DNA of 51,553 bases from Gemmatimonadota bacterium (lineage in GTDB: Bacteria; Gemmatimonadota; Gemmatimonadetes; Gemmatimonadales; GWC2-71-9). This document shows positions 8,413 through 17,366 of the stretch, piece by piece; position 1 is the first letter of the stretch; each line of letters starts with the position of its first letter. The notes below the pieces were generated by a model. The model was not told the DNA's origin, ran no database searches, and was given only the letters and a program-made list of their open reading frames with translations. The stretch covers positions 1 through 51,553 of the forward strand of contig JBKPDZ010000132.1 in the NCBI GenBank assembly GCA_046728135.1, in the 5' to 3' direction. The position numbers were made by a program, and so were the translations under genes.

Positions 8413-10319
8413 GCGCCCCTGCGGCCACCACCGCCCCTACACAGCACGCAGCACGCGGCCGATACCTACTCCGACTCTCGTTGCTGGCTCTCGGCGTGGT
8501 GTACGGCGATATCGGCACGAGTCCGCTCTACGCGATGCGTGAGGCATTTCATGGGGCTCATGGCATCCCGGTGAGCCCGGCGAATGTGTTGGGCGTGCTG
8601 TCGTTGATCTTCTGGTCGTTGATCATCGTGGTGACGATCAAGTACCACGTCGTGATTATCCGCGCCGACAACAAGGGTGAAGGCGGCGTCCTGGCGCTGA
8701 TGGCCCTTGTGAACGGAAGCCGGGTCGCTCGCGGGTTGTCTCCGCGGCGTCTGATGATTGCGCTCGGCATCTTCGGGGCCGCGTTGCTATACGCCGATGG
8801 CGCGTTGACGCCCGCAATCTCCGTGATGTCCGCCGTCGAGGGCCTCGAGGTGGCCACACCAGCGCTCCATTCCTTCGTTATCCCGGTAACGTTGGCGATT
8901 CTCATCGGGCTCTTCCTGTTTCAGCAACGCGGGACGGCGGGAGTTGGCGCCGTGTTCGGCCCGATCATGCTGGTGTGGTTCGCAGCGCTTGCTGTATTGG
9001 GGCTTCATGGAATCATGCGCCATCCGGCGGTGGTGGCGGCGGTCATGCCACAGCACGGCATTCGATTCTTCGCTGAGGATCCCGCGCGTGGGTTGGTGGT
9101 ACTTGGGGCCGTGTTCCTGGTGGTGACAGGGGGGGAGGCATTGTATGCGGACCTCGGTCATTTCGGCCATAATGCCATCCAGATTGCGTGGTTCAGCATT
9201 CCGCTCCCCTCGCTCTTGTTGAACTATTTCGGCCAGGGGGCGCTGCTGTTGACGCAGCCGGAGGCGGCGGTGAATCCGTTCTACTTGCTCGCCCCATCCG
9301 CACTCCTCTATCCGCTAATTGCCCTTGCAGCAGCTGCGACCATCATTGCGTCGCAAGCGGTGATATCGGGCGCCTTCTCGCTGACTCGGCAAGCGGTGCA
9401 GCTCGGGTACATGCCGCGAATGCAGATCGAGCACACGTCCTCGCGCGAGATCGGGCAGATCTATGTGCCGGCCGTCAACTGGGCGCTCATGGTGCTGACG
9501 TGCGCCTTCGTGCTGGGATTTCAGAACTCGAGCAACATCGCGGGCGCCTATGGTGTGGCCCTGTCGACGCTGATGACGCTCACCACGATCATGTTCTACG
9601 TCATGAGCCGAGAAGTGTGGGGTTGGAGCGTTGCGAAAGCAGCCGCCACCGCCGGCCTCTTTCTCTGGTTGGATCTCACATTCTTGACGGCAAACTTCCT
9701 CAAGATTTGGCACGGCGGCTGGGTACCGCTCGCGATCGCGGTGATCATTTATCTCACGATGACGACGTGGAAGGGCGGACGCGAGATCCTCGCCAAGCGG
9801 ATGATGGAGAAGACGGTCCCGCTGAAGCTGTTGCTCGCCGATCTCGCCGCCGAGCCGCCGGTGCGCGTCCCCGGAACGGCGGTCTTCATGTACGGAAGTT
9901 CGGACGGGACACCGCCTGCCCTGGTGCTCAACCTTACCCACAACAAGGTGCTGCACGAGAAGATCGTGTTTCTCACGATCATCACCGAAGACGTGCCGCA
10001 TGTGGGGGGCGATCAACGCGTCATCGTTAAACGCAGCGGCAAAGGCTTTCACAACGTCACCGCTCGCTATGGATTCATGCAAGATCCCGACATCAATGAA
10101 GTGCTGGCGGCGTGCAAACAGAGCCACCTCGACATTCCGCTCGAGGGGACGACGTTCTTTCTGGGACGCGAAACGCTGATTGCGTCGGATCGGCCGGGAA
10201 TGGCGATGTGGCGCGAGCGGTTGTTTTCGTTCATGTCGCGCAACGCGCTCAGAGCTACGGCGTTCTTCAAGATTCCGCCAAATCAAGTATTTGAGGTGGG
10301 GGCGTACGTGGAGCTGTAG
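8409..10319 (+). CDS. kup: KUP/HAK/KT potassium transporter
   Basis: GVVYGDIGTSPLYA, DNKGEGG, GGEALYADLGHFG, YGFMQ and FFLGRET motifs. Confidence 0.97.
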   Translation: MSAPAATTAPTQHAARGRYLLRLSLLALGVVYGDIGTSPLYAMREAFHGAHGIPVSPANVLGVLSLIFWSLIIVVTIKYHVVIIRADNKGEGGVLALMALVNGSRVARGLSPRRLMIALGIFGAALLYADGALTPAISVMSAVEGLEVATPALHSFVIPVTLAILIGLFLFQQRGTAGVGAVFGPIMLVWFAALAVLGLHGIMRHPAVVAAVMPQHGIRFFAEDPARGLVVLGAVFLVVTGGEALYADLGHFGHNAIQIAWFSIPLPSLLLNYFGQGALLLTQPEAAVNPFYLLAPSALLYPLIALAAAATIIASQAVISGAFSLTRQAVQLGYMPRMQIEHTSSREIGQIYVPAVNWALMVLTCAFVLGFQNSSNIAGAYGVALSTLMTLTTIMFYVMSREVWGWSVAKAAATAGLFLWLDLTFLTANFLKIWHGGWVPLAIAVIIYLTMTTWKGGREILAKRMMEKTVPLKLLLADLAAEPPVRVPGTAVFMYGSSDGTPPALVLNLTHNKVLHEKIVFLTIITEDVPHVGGDQRVIVKRSGKGFHNVTARYGFMQDPDINEVLAACKQSHLDIPLEGTTFFLGRETLIASDRPGMAMWRERLFSFMSRNALRATAFFKIPPNQVFEVGAYVEL

Positions 10320-10329
10320 CACACCGTCT

Positions 10330-11541
10330 TCAGGACACGCCGAAGTCTTCCTCCTGAGGCGCAACAGTCACGCACGCCCGGTACAGCCACACGTCGTAGA
10401 TGATCTTCAACGCCCCTGCGATGAAGAAGGGAAAACTGATCCACGCCGGCCGGGAGAACAGCAGACCGGCAAGCGCGGGAGCGACCGCGGCGCCGGTCGT
10501 GCGCGCGACGCCCGTGACCCCTGCCGCTGCTGACCGCTCCTCGGGGCGAACCACGGCCATGAGGTAGGATTGTCTGGTGGGGACGTCCATCTGGCTGATG
10601 CTGAAGCGCGCGAACAGGACGAGAATCGCCAGCGGCAGCGTCGGCATGAGCGGCACCAAGATGAGCAAGACGTTCGACGGCAGGTGCGTGAAGACCATCG
10701 TGTTGATCAGGCCGAAGCGGGCGGCGAGCCGGGCGGCCCATAACGCCGACACCCCGGCGAGGATATTTGCCCCAAAGAAGATCGCGCCGAGCGTCGCCGG
10801 GCTCACCCCAAAGCGCAGATAGAACCAGTAGGCGGCGAAGCTTTGTACGACGAAGCCCCCCCCAAACGCGTCGAGCGCGAACAGTCCAGACAACGTGAGC
10901 ACGGTGCGGCGCGACGGACCGAGGCCCAAGAATGGTCGTTCCGCAGCGACGCGTACTTCAGCAGCCCGCGACAACTGCGTGAACCAGAAGCAGAGGAGTA
11001 CTCCCACCGCCGCGTACAGCAACACCACGTCACGGTAGTGCGATCCGCGCGAGAGCGCTCCGCCGGCGAGCGATCCGGCGGCAGTCGCGACCGCTCCGAC
11101 CAATGTGTACCAGGCGAATACCGACGTCCTCACGCTTGGCGGGACCACGTGCGCCAATGCCGCTTGCTCGATCGGCAAGAACGGACCGACCTCGCTCCCG
11201 CTCGGGCTGATGATGCCGACGGTTCCCGCGATGACGAGTACCGGGAAGCTGCGCGTGCCGGCGAAGATCAGACCGGCCGCGGTCATCAGGATGGCGCCGA
11301 TCACGAGCATGCGGCGTCGCCCCAGGCGATCGGCGCGGGTCGTCAGGAACAACGACACAACCGTGTCACCCACGAGGGTCAACGTCAGCAGCAGCCCGAC
11401 TTGCACCGCGTCAAAACCGAGACTCGTGAGATAGAGGACCAGGACGACGGACAGTGCCCCGTACGCAAAGAGTCGCGCCGAGCGTGCCACAAACAGCAGC
11501 CGCCCGTCGCGGGTCAGCGAGCGGAGGCCGGTCAGGCTCAA
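10330..11541 (-). CDS. MFS transporter
   Basis: ADRLGRRR motif, NTMVFTHLPSN and SQMDVPTRQSY. Confidence 0.9.
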   Translation of the reverse strand: MSLTGLRSLTRDGRLLFVARSARLFAYGALSVVLVLYLTSLGFDAVQVGLLLTLTLVGDTVVSLFLTTRADRLGRRRMLVIGAILMTAAGLIFAGTRSFPVLVIAGTVGIISPSGSEVGPFLPIEQAALAHVVPPSVRTSVFAWYTLVGAVATAAGSLAGGALSRGSHYRDVVLLYAAVGVLLCFWFTQLSRAAEVRVAAERPFLGLGPSRRTVLTLSGLFALDAFGGGFVVQSFAAYWFYLRFGVSPATLGAIFFGANILAGVSALWAARLAARFGLINTMVFTHLPSNVLLILVPLMPTLPLAILVLFARFSISQMDVPTRQSYLMAVVRPEERSAAAGVTGVARTTGAAVAPALAGLLFSRPAWISFPFFIAGALKIIYDVWLYRACVTVAPQEEDFGVS

Positions 11542-13730
11542 ACGGCGATCCGGTGCACGACCTTAACGACAAACGCCCCATTGAGCTGTCTGCTGAGCGA
11601 TCCAGCGGCGGGGAACCGATAGCGCGCGCTCGGATCAGTCGTGTAGCCTGAGTTCCAAACGACGAACACGTCGTCACCGATCGTCGGAATCCAGTGGAAG
11701 CGCAGGTTAAAGTCCACCCGCCGGTCTTCATTGGTGTACTGGATAAACCCCAGAAAGCTCGTTCGTGTATCGAGGTCGTATTCGATACGGCTGGAGCCCT
11801 GGACTGCCGTGAAACCGCCGCCTGGCAGTCGCGCTGCTGTGCGAGCCAGATTCGCACTCAGGATGAGATGACCGCCGCCGCGCCAGGTTGCCTGGAACTC
11901 CATGTCGGCGCTCCGGCCGCCGTAGAACGCGCCCCAGTTGACAAAAGCGTCAACACTCAGCGGGCGATTGGCGGACATGGAGTATTGCAGCTCATACCGC
12001 GACCACCAGTAGCGGCCGGGGGGGATCGTGACGCCCCGGAAAATGTCAAATGAGTCCGTCGGTGCATCCAGCAAGCGCTGGTAGTTCACCTCGAAGTGAT
12101 CGCCGTTCTCGCGGTCGCCTCCAAACACGCGCCACTCGAACCATGCCGTCTGCCAGTCTCCCGTCCGGCCGAGGGTCCCCGACTCGTTGGCGATGACGTC
12201 CCAGCTCGGGATTGGAAAGGTGAAATCCAGTTGCCGGATGCCCAGCGCGTGAGGTCGCGGCATGAAATCGACGTGACCGGTGGTCTCCCAGATGCCGGTG
12301 CGGCGGACGAACCCAAGCGCCGGCGCAAATCCTTGGTCGATGCGATATACCGAGAAGAAGTTGTCGAACAAGTCGTTCGGGTAATCCGTGGACGCCCGCC
12401 AGGCGAGAGGAACACCCGCAACGCCGGGCGTGCGTGTTCCCGCAATCCAGAATTTCGGCTCGATGTTTTGTCCGTGGACGACGAGCGGCAGGTCTACGTC
12501 GAGTCCTCCAGTCGCCTCGGCCCCTCCCCCACGCGATACGGAGCGCAGGCTGCCAATCGCCCCGATGTAGGAGCGCGCGAACAGATCGTGCTGGAGCCGC
12601 ACGACGCCATCGGTCGCCTGATCGGCGCCCCCAGTACGCGTCCCCAGGATTCCCAGGCGCCAGGCGCCCATTCTGCCGTAAAGGCGACCTCCTGCGATGA
12701 TCGGGACGGCGTTACCACTCGAGTCGAGTCCGATTCGTCGGGAATAGAACACCTGCGTCCGGCCTGGCGTACCGAAGTCGAACAGGCCACTCGACTCGAG
12801 GAGGAATGCCCGCTTCTCAGGGAAGAAGAACGGAAAGCGCGTGAGATTAATGACCTGCTGATCCGCCTCGACCTGTGCAAAGTCGGTGCTCGTCGTGACA
12901 TCGGCCGTGAGCGTAGGTGAGACAGCCAGTTTCGCGTCCAGGCCCGCCTTTCCGCCCACGAAGCCACGTGCGACGCGCGTGCCGCTGCTGTCGTGCTCTG
13001 GCTCGACGACGCGGCCGAGCGTATAGGGTGAGACGTCCATCGCGAGCGATCGACCCAACAGGCCGATGTCGGTGAGCTCGCCTGCCTGGAGTAACTGGTA
13101 CAGCCCTTCGGCACGTCCCCAGGACCGCCACAGATCCTGCTCGTTGCTGCGGCGGATAAAGCGGCGCACGTTGAAGCCAAACCGCATGTCGCCGCGGGGA
13201 TGGAAGCGCAGCGTGCGAAACGGGATGCGGAACTCGGCGGTCCACCCTTGTTGGTCACGCGTCACCGTGACATCCCAGATCCCGTTCCAGTTCTCGTTGA
13301 GGTTGTCGAGATCGGTGAGCTGAGCGTCCCACCGCGCACCGTTCGGATTGGTCCCGAACACGAAGGCGCCGCGTCGATCGTGAAAGCTGTCGATCAGAAT
13401 CTGGACATTGTCATCGCTGGACAGGTCCGCATCGCGTCGCAGTTGGCGCGCGCGCACACGGGACGGGTCGGCGTCGTAGGCTCGCACGCCGATGTAGAGG
13501 GCATCGCCATCGCGGAGCGCCTTGACGACCGTCCGTTGGCTCGCAGGCGCACCCACCACAGGCTCGCGTTGGCGGAAATCGGTGATGGAGTCTGCGATTG
13601 ACCAGTCCGCGCCGTCCAACCGACCATCGAAGCGAATTGGCGCGCGAGCTGCGGTGACGCGAAGCTGGGCCGCTACAGTGGTTGGGAATGCTACTGCGAC
13701 GAGGAGCCAGCGTGCCTTCGAGAGGGTCAG
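11538..13730 (-). CDS. CBM9-like plus DUF5916 outer-membrane protein, probable CTG start at 13730
   Basis: WTAEFRIPF and TDFAQVEADQQVINLTRFPFFFPEKRAF motifs. The frame is open upstream of 13619 and encodes a signal peptide, LTLSKARWLLVAVAFPTTVAAQ. Confidence 0.85.
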   Translation of the reverse strand: MTLSKARWLLVAVAFPTTVAAQLRVTAARAPIRFDGRLDGADWSIADSITDFRQREPVVGAPASQRTVVKALRDGDALYIGVRAYDADPSRVRARQLRRDADLSSDDNVQILIDSFHDRRGAFVFGTNPNGARWDAQLTDLDNLNENWNGIWDVTVTRDQQGWTAEFRIPFRTLRFHPRGDMRFGFNVRRFIRRSNEQDLWRSWGRAEGLYQLLQAGELTDIGLLGRSLAMDVSPYTLGRVVEPEHDSSGTRVARGFVGGKAGLDAKLAVSPTLTADVTTSTDFAQVEADQQVINLTRFPFFFPEKRAFLLESSGLFDFGTPGRTQVFYSRRIGLDSSGNAVPIIAGGRLYGRMGAWRLGILGTRTGGADQATDGVVRLQHDLFARSYIGAIGSLRSVSRGGGAEATGGLDVDLPLVVHGQNIEPKFWIAGTRTPGVAGVPLAWRASTDYPNDLFDNFFSVYRIDQGFAPALGFVRRTGIWETTGHVDFMPRPHALGIRQLDFTFPIPSWDVIANESGTLGRTGDWQTAWFEWRVFGGDRENGDHFEVNYQRLLDAPTDSFDIFRGVTIPPGRYWWSRYELQYSMSANRPLSVDAFVNWGAFYGGRSADMEFQATWRGGGHLILSANLARTAARLPGGGFTAVQGSSRIEYDLDTRTSFLGFIQYTNEDRRVDFNLRFHWIPTIGDDVFVVWNSGYTTDPSARYRFPAAGSLSRQLNGAFVVKVVHRIAV

Positions 13731-13733
13731 TTC

Positions 13734-15767
13734 CTAGTCTCCGGCGACGAGCGTAGTCGGAACAAACGGGGCCTCATGCAGGGCAGCCGGCTTGCGCCGC
13801 GACAGCACGAGCCACCATTCCCGCGCGGAGGTAAACACCAGCATCGCCACGACGGCCACGAAGAACAGCGCGATCGCGGCATCGAGACGGTCGTTGAAGA
13901 TCATGCGGGCGGCATGGGGATCCGTCGAGTGTGCGACCGACACCGCGTGCGCCAGGAAACCAAGCTTCGGGTCACTGGAGAAGACCTTTTGATAGCCCGC
14001 CGTCATCGTCACGGTGATGAGCCAGGCAAGCGGACCGAGCGTGACCCAGGCGTAGCGCTGGCGACCCATCTTGATCAGGATTGTCGTCGCCACGCAGAGC
14101 GCCACGGCCGCGAGCAGCTGGTTCGAGATACCGAATAGCGGCCAGAGCGAGTTGATCCCGCCGAGCGGGTCCACCACGCCTTGATAGAGGAAAAAGCCCC
14201 ATCCTGCACACACCAGGCCGCTCGCGATCACGACGCTCGGCAGCCATGACGTCTGACCAAACTTCGGCCACATGTGACCGACGATCTCCTGCAGCATGAA
14301 CCGTCCCACGCGCGTGCCGGTGTCGATTGTGGTGAGGATGAACAGCGCCTCGAACATGATGGCGAAGTGATACCAGAGCGCAGACAGCGTCTTCCCGCCC
14401 AGGGCGGACGTGAGCCCCGAGAAGATGTGGGCGATGCCGACCGCGAGGGAAGGCGCGCCGCCGGTGCGCGCGATCAGCGTCTGCTCGCCCATCTGCGCCG
14501 CCAGCGCCTGCATGTACTGGGGTGTGACCACGAAGCCCGCCTGGTTCAACACGTCCGACGCGCCGGCCAGCGCCACCGGCGTCGTGTTCATCGCGAAGTA
14601 GACGCCGGGGTCGAGGGTGCAGGCGGCGATCATCGCCATGATGCCGACGAACGACTCCATGATCATGCCGCCGTAGCCGATCATGCGGGCGTCCGTCTCG
14701 CGCGTGATCATCTTCGGCGTCGTCCCCGACGCGACGAGCGAGTGGAAGCCCGAGACAGCACCACACGCGATCGTGATGAACGCAAACGGGAACAGCTTGC
14801 CGGCGAACACGGGGCCCTCACCCGCCGTGGCGAAAGGCGTCAGCGCCGGCATCCGCAGCGGCGGCAGGATGATCAGAATCGCCACGCCCAGCACCAGGAC
14901 CGTCGTGATCTTCAGGAACGTCGAGAGATAGTCGCGGGGGCAGAGCAGCATCCAGACGGGCAACACCGACGCGATGAAGCCGTACGCGATCATCATGACG
15001 GTGAGCGATGTGCCGCTGTGCGTGAACGCAGCGGCGAGACCGGGGTGGCTCGCAACGCTTCCGCCGCCGACCAGCGCAAGCAGCAACAGCAGTGCGCCGA
15101 TGATCGATGCTTCGCCGACTCTGCCGGGACGCCACCGCTTCATCCACCAGCCCATGAGCAGCGCGATCGGAATCGTGCACGCGATCGTGAACAGTCCCCA
15201 CGGTGACGCGCGCAAGGCATTGACGACGATGAGCGCGAGGACGGCGAGCAGGATGATCATGATCGCGAGCACCGCGATCATCGCCGTCACGCCCGTGACC
15301 TTGCTGACCTCCTCCTTGGCCATTTGGCCGAGCGACTTGCCGTCACGCCGCAGCGAGCAGAAGAGAATCGTGAAATCCTGAACCGCACCGCCCAGGACCA
15401 CGCCGATGATGAGCCAGAGCGTCCCGGGGAGAAATCCGAACTGGGCCGCCAGGACCGGGCCCACCAGCGGCCCTGCTCCGGCGATGGCCGCGAAATGGTG
15501 GCCGAACAGCACCCAGCGATTCGTCGGGACGAAGTCGTGGCCGTTGTTGAGTCGCTCGGCGGGTGTGGCGCGACGAGAATCGAGCCCAAAGACCTTGGTG
15601 GCGAGGAACTTCGAGTAGAACCGATAGCCGACGACGTAGGTGCAAACGGCCGCCGTCAGCAACCACGCGGCACTGATGGTCTCGCCCCGGGCCAGCGCCA
15701 ACACCCCGAACGACGCGGCGCCCAGCAGCGAGACCAGAGTCCAGCCGACGACGGACAGCGGTCGCAC
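13734..15767 (-). CDS. cstA: Carbon starvation protein A (CstA) peptide/pyruvate transporter
   Basis: GHHFAAIAGAGPLVGP, ITIACGAVSGFH and LWPLFGISNQLLA motifs. Likely GTG start at 15767. Confidence 0.95.
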   Translation of the reverse strand: MRPLSVVGWTLVSLLGAASFGVLALARGETISAAWLLTAAVCTYVVGYRFYSKFLATKVFGLDSRRATPAERLNNGHDFVPTNRWVLFGHHFAAIAGAGPLVGPVLAAQFGFLPGTLWLIIGVVLGGAVQDFTILFCSLRRDGKSLGQMAKEEVSKVTGVTAMIAVLAIMIILLAVLALIVVNALRASPWGLFTIACTIPIALLMGWWMKRWRPGRVGEASIIGALLLLLALVGGGSVASHPGLAAAFTHSGTSLTVMMIAYGFIASVLPVWMLLCPRDYLSTFLKITTVLVLGVAILIILPPLRMPALTPFATAGEGPVFAGKLFPFAFITIACGAVSGFHSLVASGTTPKMITRETDARMIGYGGMIMESFVGIMAMIAACTLDPGVYFAMNTTPVALAGASDVLNQAGFVVTPQYMQALAAQMGEQTLIARTGGAPSLAVGIAHIFSGLTSALGGKTLSALWYHFAIMFEALFILTTIDTGTRVGRFMLQEIVGHMWPKFGQTSWLPSVVIASGLVCAGWGFFLYQGVVDPLGGINSLWPLFGISNQLLAAVALCVATTILIKMGRQRYAWVTLGPLAWLITVTMTAGYQKVFSSDPKLGFLAHAVSVAHSTDPHAARMIFNDRLDAAIALFFVAVVAMLVFTSAREWWLVLSRRKPAALHEAPFVPTTLVAGD

Positions 15768-15826
15768 GCGGCGTAAGTTGCGATCCCGCTTGCCGATGTT
15801 CAAGTTCGAACATAGGTTCGAACCGC

Positions 15827-16696
15827 TTGAGCCCCTCGAGTTCCTATCCCTGGTCGTCGAGCGGAGAGGGAGGGGGGGGACGCGCAGCCCCCGCCTCCGC
15901 CGTACAGGAGCGACCCCAACCACAACGCCACCCTGAATCGCTGCGGGGTCGCGTCGTCGTGGTCACCGGCGGCGCGACAGGGCTCGGTCGCGCGGTTGCG
16001 CTCGAGTTCGCCCAAGGCGGCTGCGGGGTCGCGTTCAATTACGTCGAGCTGCCGGGCCGGGACGTCGGGGCGCAAGCGTTGCTCACTGAGACGGCGATCA
16101 AAGCGCTGGGCGTCCCGTGCTACGCGGCGGTGTGTGACGTTCGCAAGATGACTTCGGTCGAGCAGTTCGTCGCGGAGGTCCGCGGCAGGCTTGGCGGCAT
16201 CCACTACCTGGTCAACAATGCGGGCGTGACACACGACGGCGCGCTCTGGCGATTGACGGCCGAGGCCTGGCAGGAAGTCATCGACACGAACGTGAGCGGC
16301 GCGTTCAACTGCATTCACGCCGTAGCGCCGCAGCTGCGCGGGCAGCGCTTCGGCAAAATCGTGAACGTCGCCAGCCATCAGGCGTTCCGGCCCGGGTTCG
16401 GCATCGCGAACTACGCCGCCAGTAAGGCGGCACTCATCGGTCTCACGAAAGCCGCCGCCGTCGATCTCGGCTCGGCGGGGATCAACGTGAATGCCGTCGC
16501 GCCGGGATTCGTGAAAACGGAGCTCCTCACGCAGCTTCCACGCGAAGTGCTCGAGCGCGCCGAGCATGAATCGGTGCTCGGCCGCGTTGCGGAGCCGGAA
16601 GATGTCTCACGCGTGATTCTCTTCTTGTGCAGCGAAGCGGCGCGACACATCACCGGACAGGTCATTGTAGTGGACGGGGGATTGACGCTCGCTTAA
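15827..16696 (+). CDS. SDR oxidoreductase (FabG-like). True start may be ATG 15796 via a frameshift at the G8 tract
   Basis: TGGATGLG, NNAG, YAASK, APG and VDGG motifs. Confidence 0.9.
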   Translation: MSPSSSYPWSSSGEGGGGRAAPASAVQERPQPQRHPESLRGRVVVVTGGATGLGRAVALEFAQGGCGVAFNYVELPGRDVGAQALLTETAIKALGVPCYAAVCDVRKMTSVEQFVAEVRGRLGGIHYLVNNAGVTHDGALWRLTAEAWQEVIDTNVSGAFNCIHAVAPQLRGQRFGKIVNVASHQAFRPGFGIANYAASKAALIGLTKAAAVDLGSAGINVNAVAPGFVKTELLTQLPREVLERAEHESVLGRVAEPEDVSRVILFLCSEAARHITGQVIVVDGGLTLA

Positions 16697-16706
16697 ATTG
16701 CGGCGC

Positions 16707-17366
16707 GTGAGTAACCCCTTACAACTCAAATACTTCGTACGTCGTCCGTCGTGCGTCGTCTTGCTCGCCGCAGTGCTGAGCTGTGGCGGCAAGAAATCCG
16801 CACACGAACCGACGCCTGCACCGACTGCGCCGTTGCCCACCGCGGGGCTCGCGGGCCAGCGCGTCGCGCTCACGCCACTTGCTCTGGTTGGTGCAGAAGA
16901 CACGCTCCATTTGGATACGCTCATCGCGGACCGGCGGACGACGCTCGATAAGTGCGACAGCATCCTTGTGACCCTGCTCGGGGCGCGGGCGCCTGAGGTC
17001 ACGTGGGTAGGACCGGTGGAGCTGCGACACATCGCGCGGCGCGCACCCGGCATTGCGGCCGATCCCGACCAGATGGGGACGCCGTTCCTGCGTGCGGCCA
17101 ACGTTGTCGTCGTGCCCGATCCGTTGCGATATCAATTGCGCACGCTGATGGGGCTGGTGGGTGGCCGGTATGTCCTCGTTCCTGCCGGCCTCGTTTTCCG
17201 GCGTCCCACCGACGGATCCACCGGTGCGACCGCGGAGCTCTCGGTCGTCATGATCGACTCGCGGATCGGGAGGGTCGGGTGGCGCACGATCGCCCGCGGT
17301 GAGGGCGCGGATGCCTGGACGGCGCTGACGCGGGCGGTGAAGAGCCTCACGCCGGGCCTGCCGTGA
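16707..17366 (+). CDS. Hypothetical lipoprotein
   Basis: GTG at 16707, 7 nt after TAAATT. Hydrophobic stretch followed by lipobox VLSC. Confidence 0.7.
   Translation: MSNPLQLKYFVRRPSCVVLLAAVLSCGGKKSAHEPTPAPTAPLPTAGLAGQRVALTPLALVGAEDTLHLDTLIADRRTTLDKCDSILVTLLGARAPEVTWVGPVELRHIARRAPGIAADPDQMGTPFLRAANVVVVPDPLRYQLRTLMGLVGGRYVLVPAGLVFRRPTDGSTGATAELSVVMIDSRIGRVGWRTIARGEGADAWTALTRAVKSLTPGLP
16733..16760. repeat. Four tandem heptamers (CGTCGTN) in the lipoprotein signal peptide
   Basis: CTTCGTA CGTCGTC CGTCGTG CGTCGTC. Confidence 0.65.

Noticed and set aside
16711-16735. AT-rich imperfect inverted repeat resembling a recombinase-binding site
   Set aside because: Symmetry is too weak and there is no recombinase in the window.
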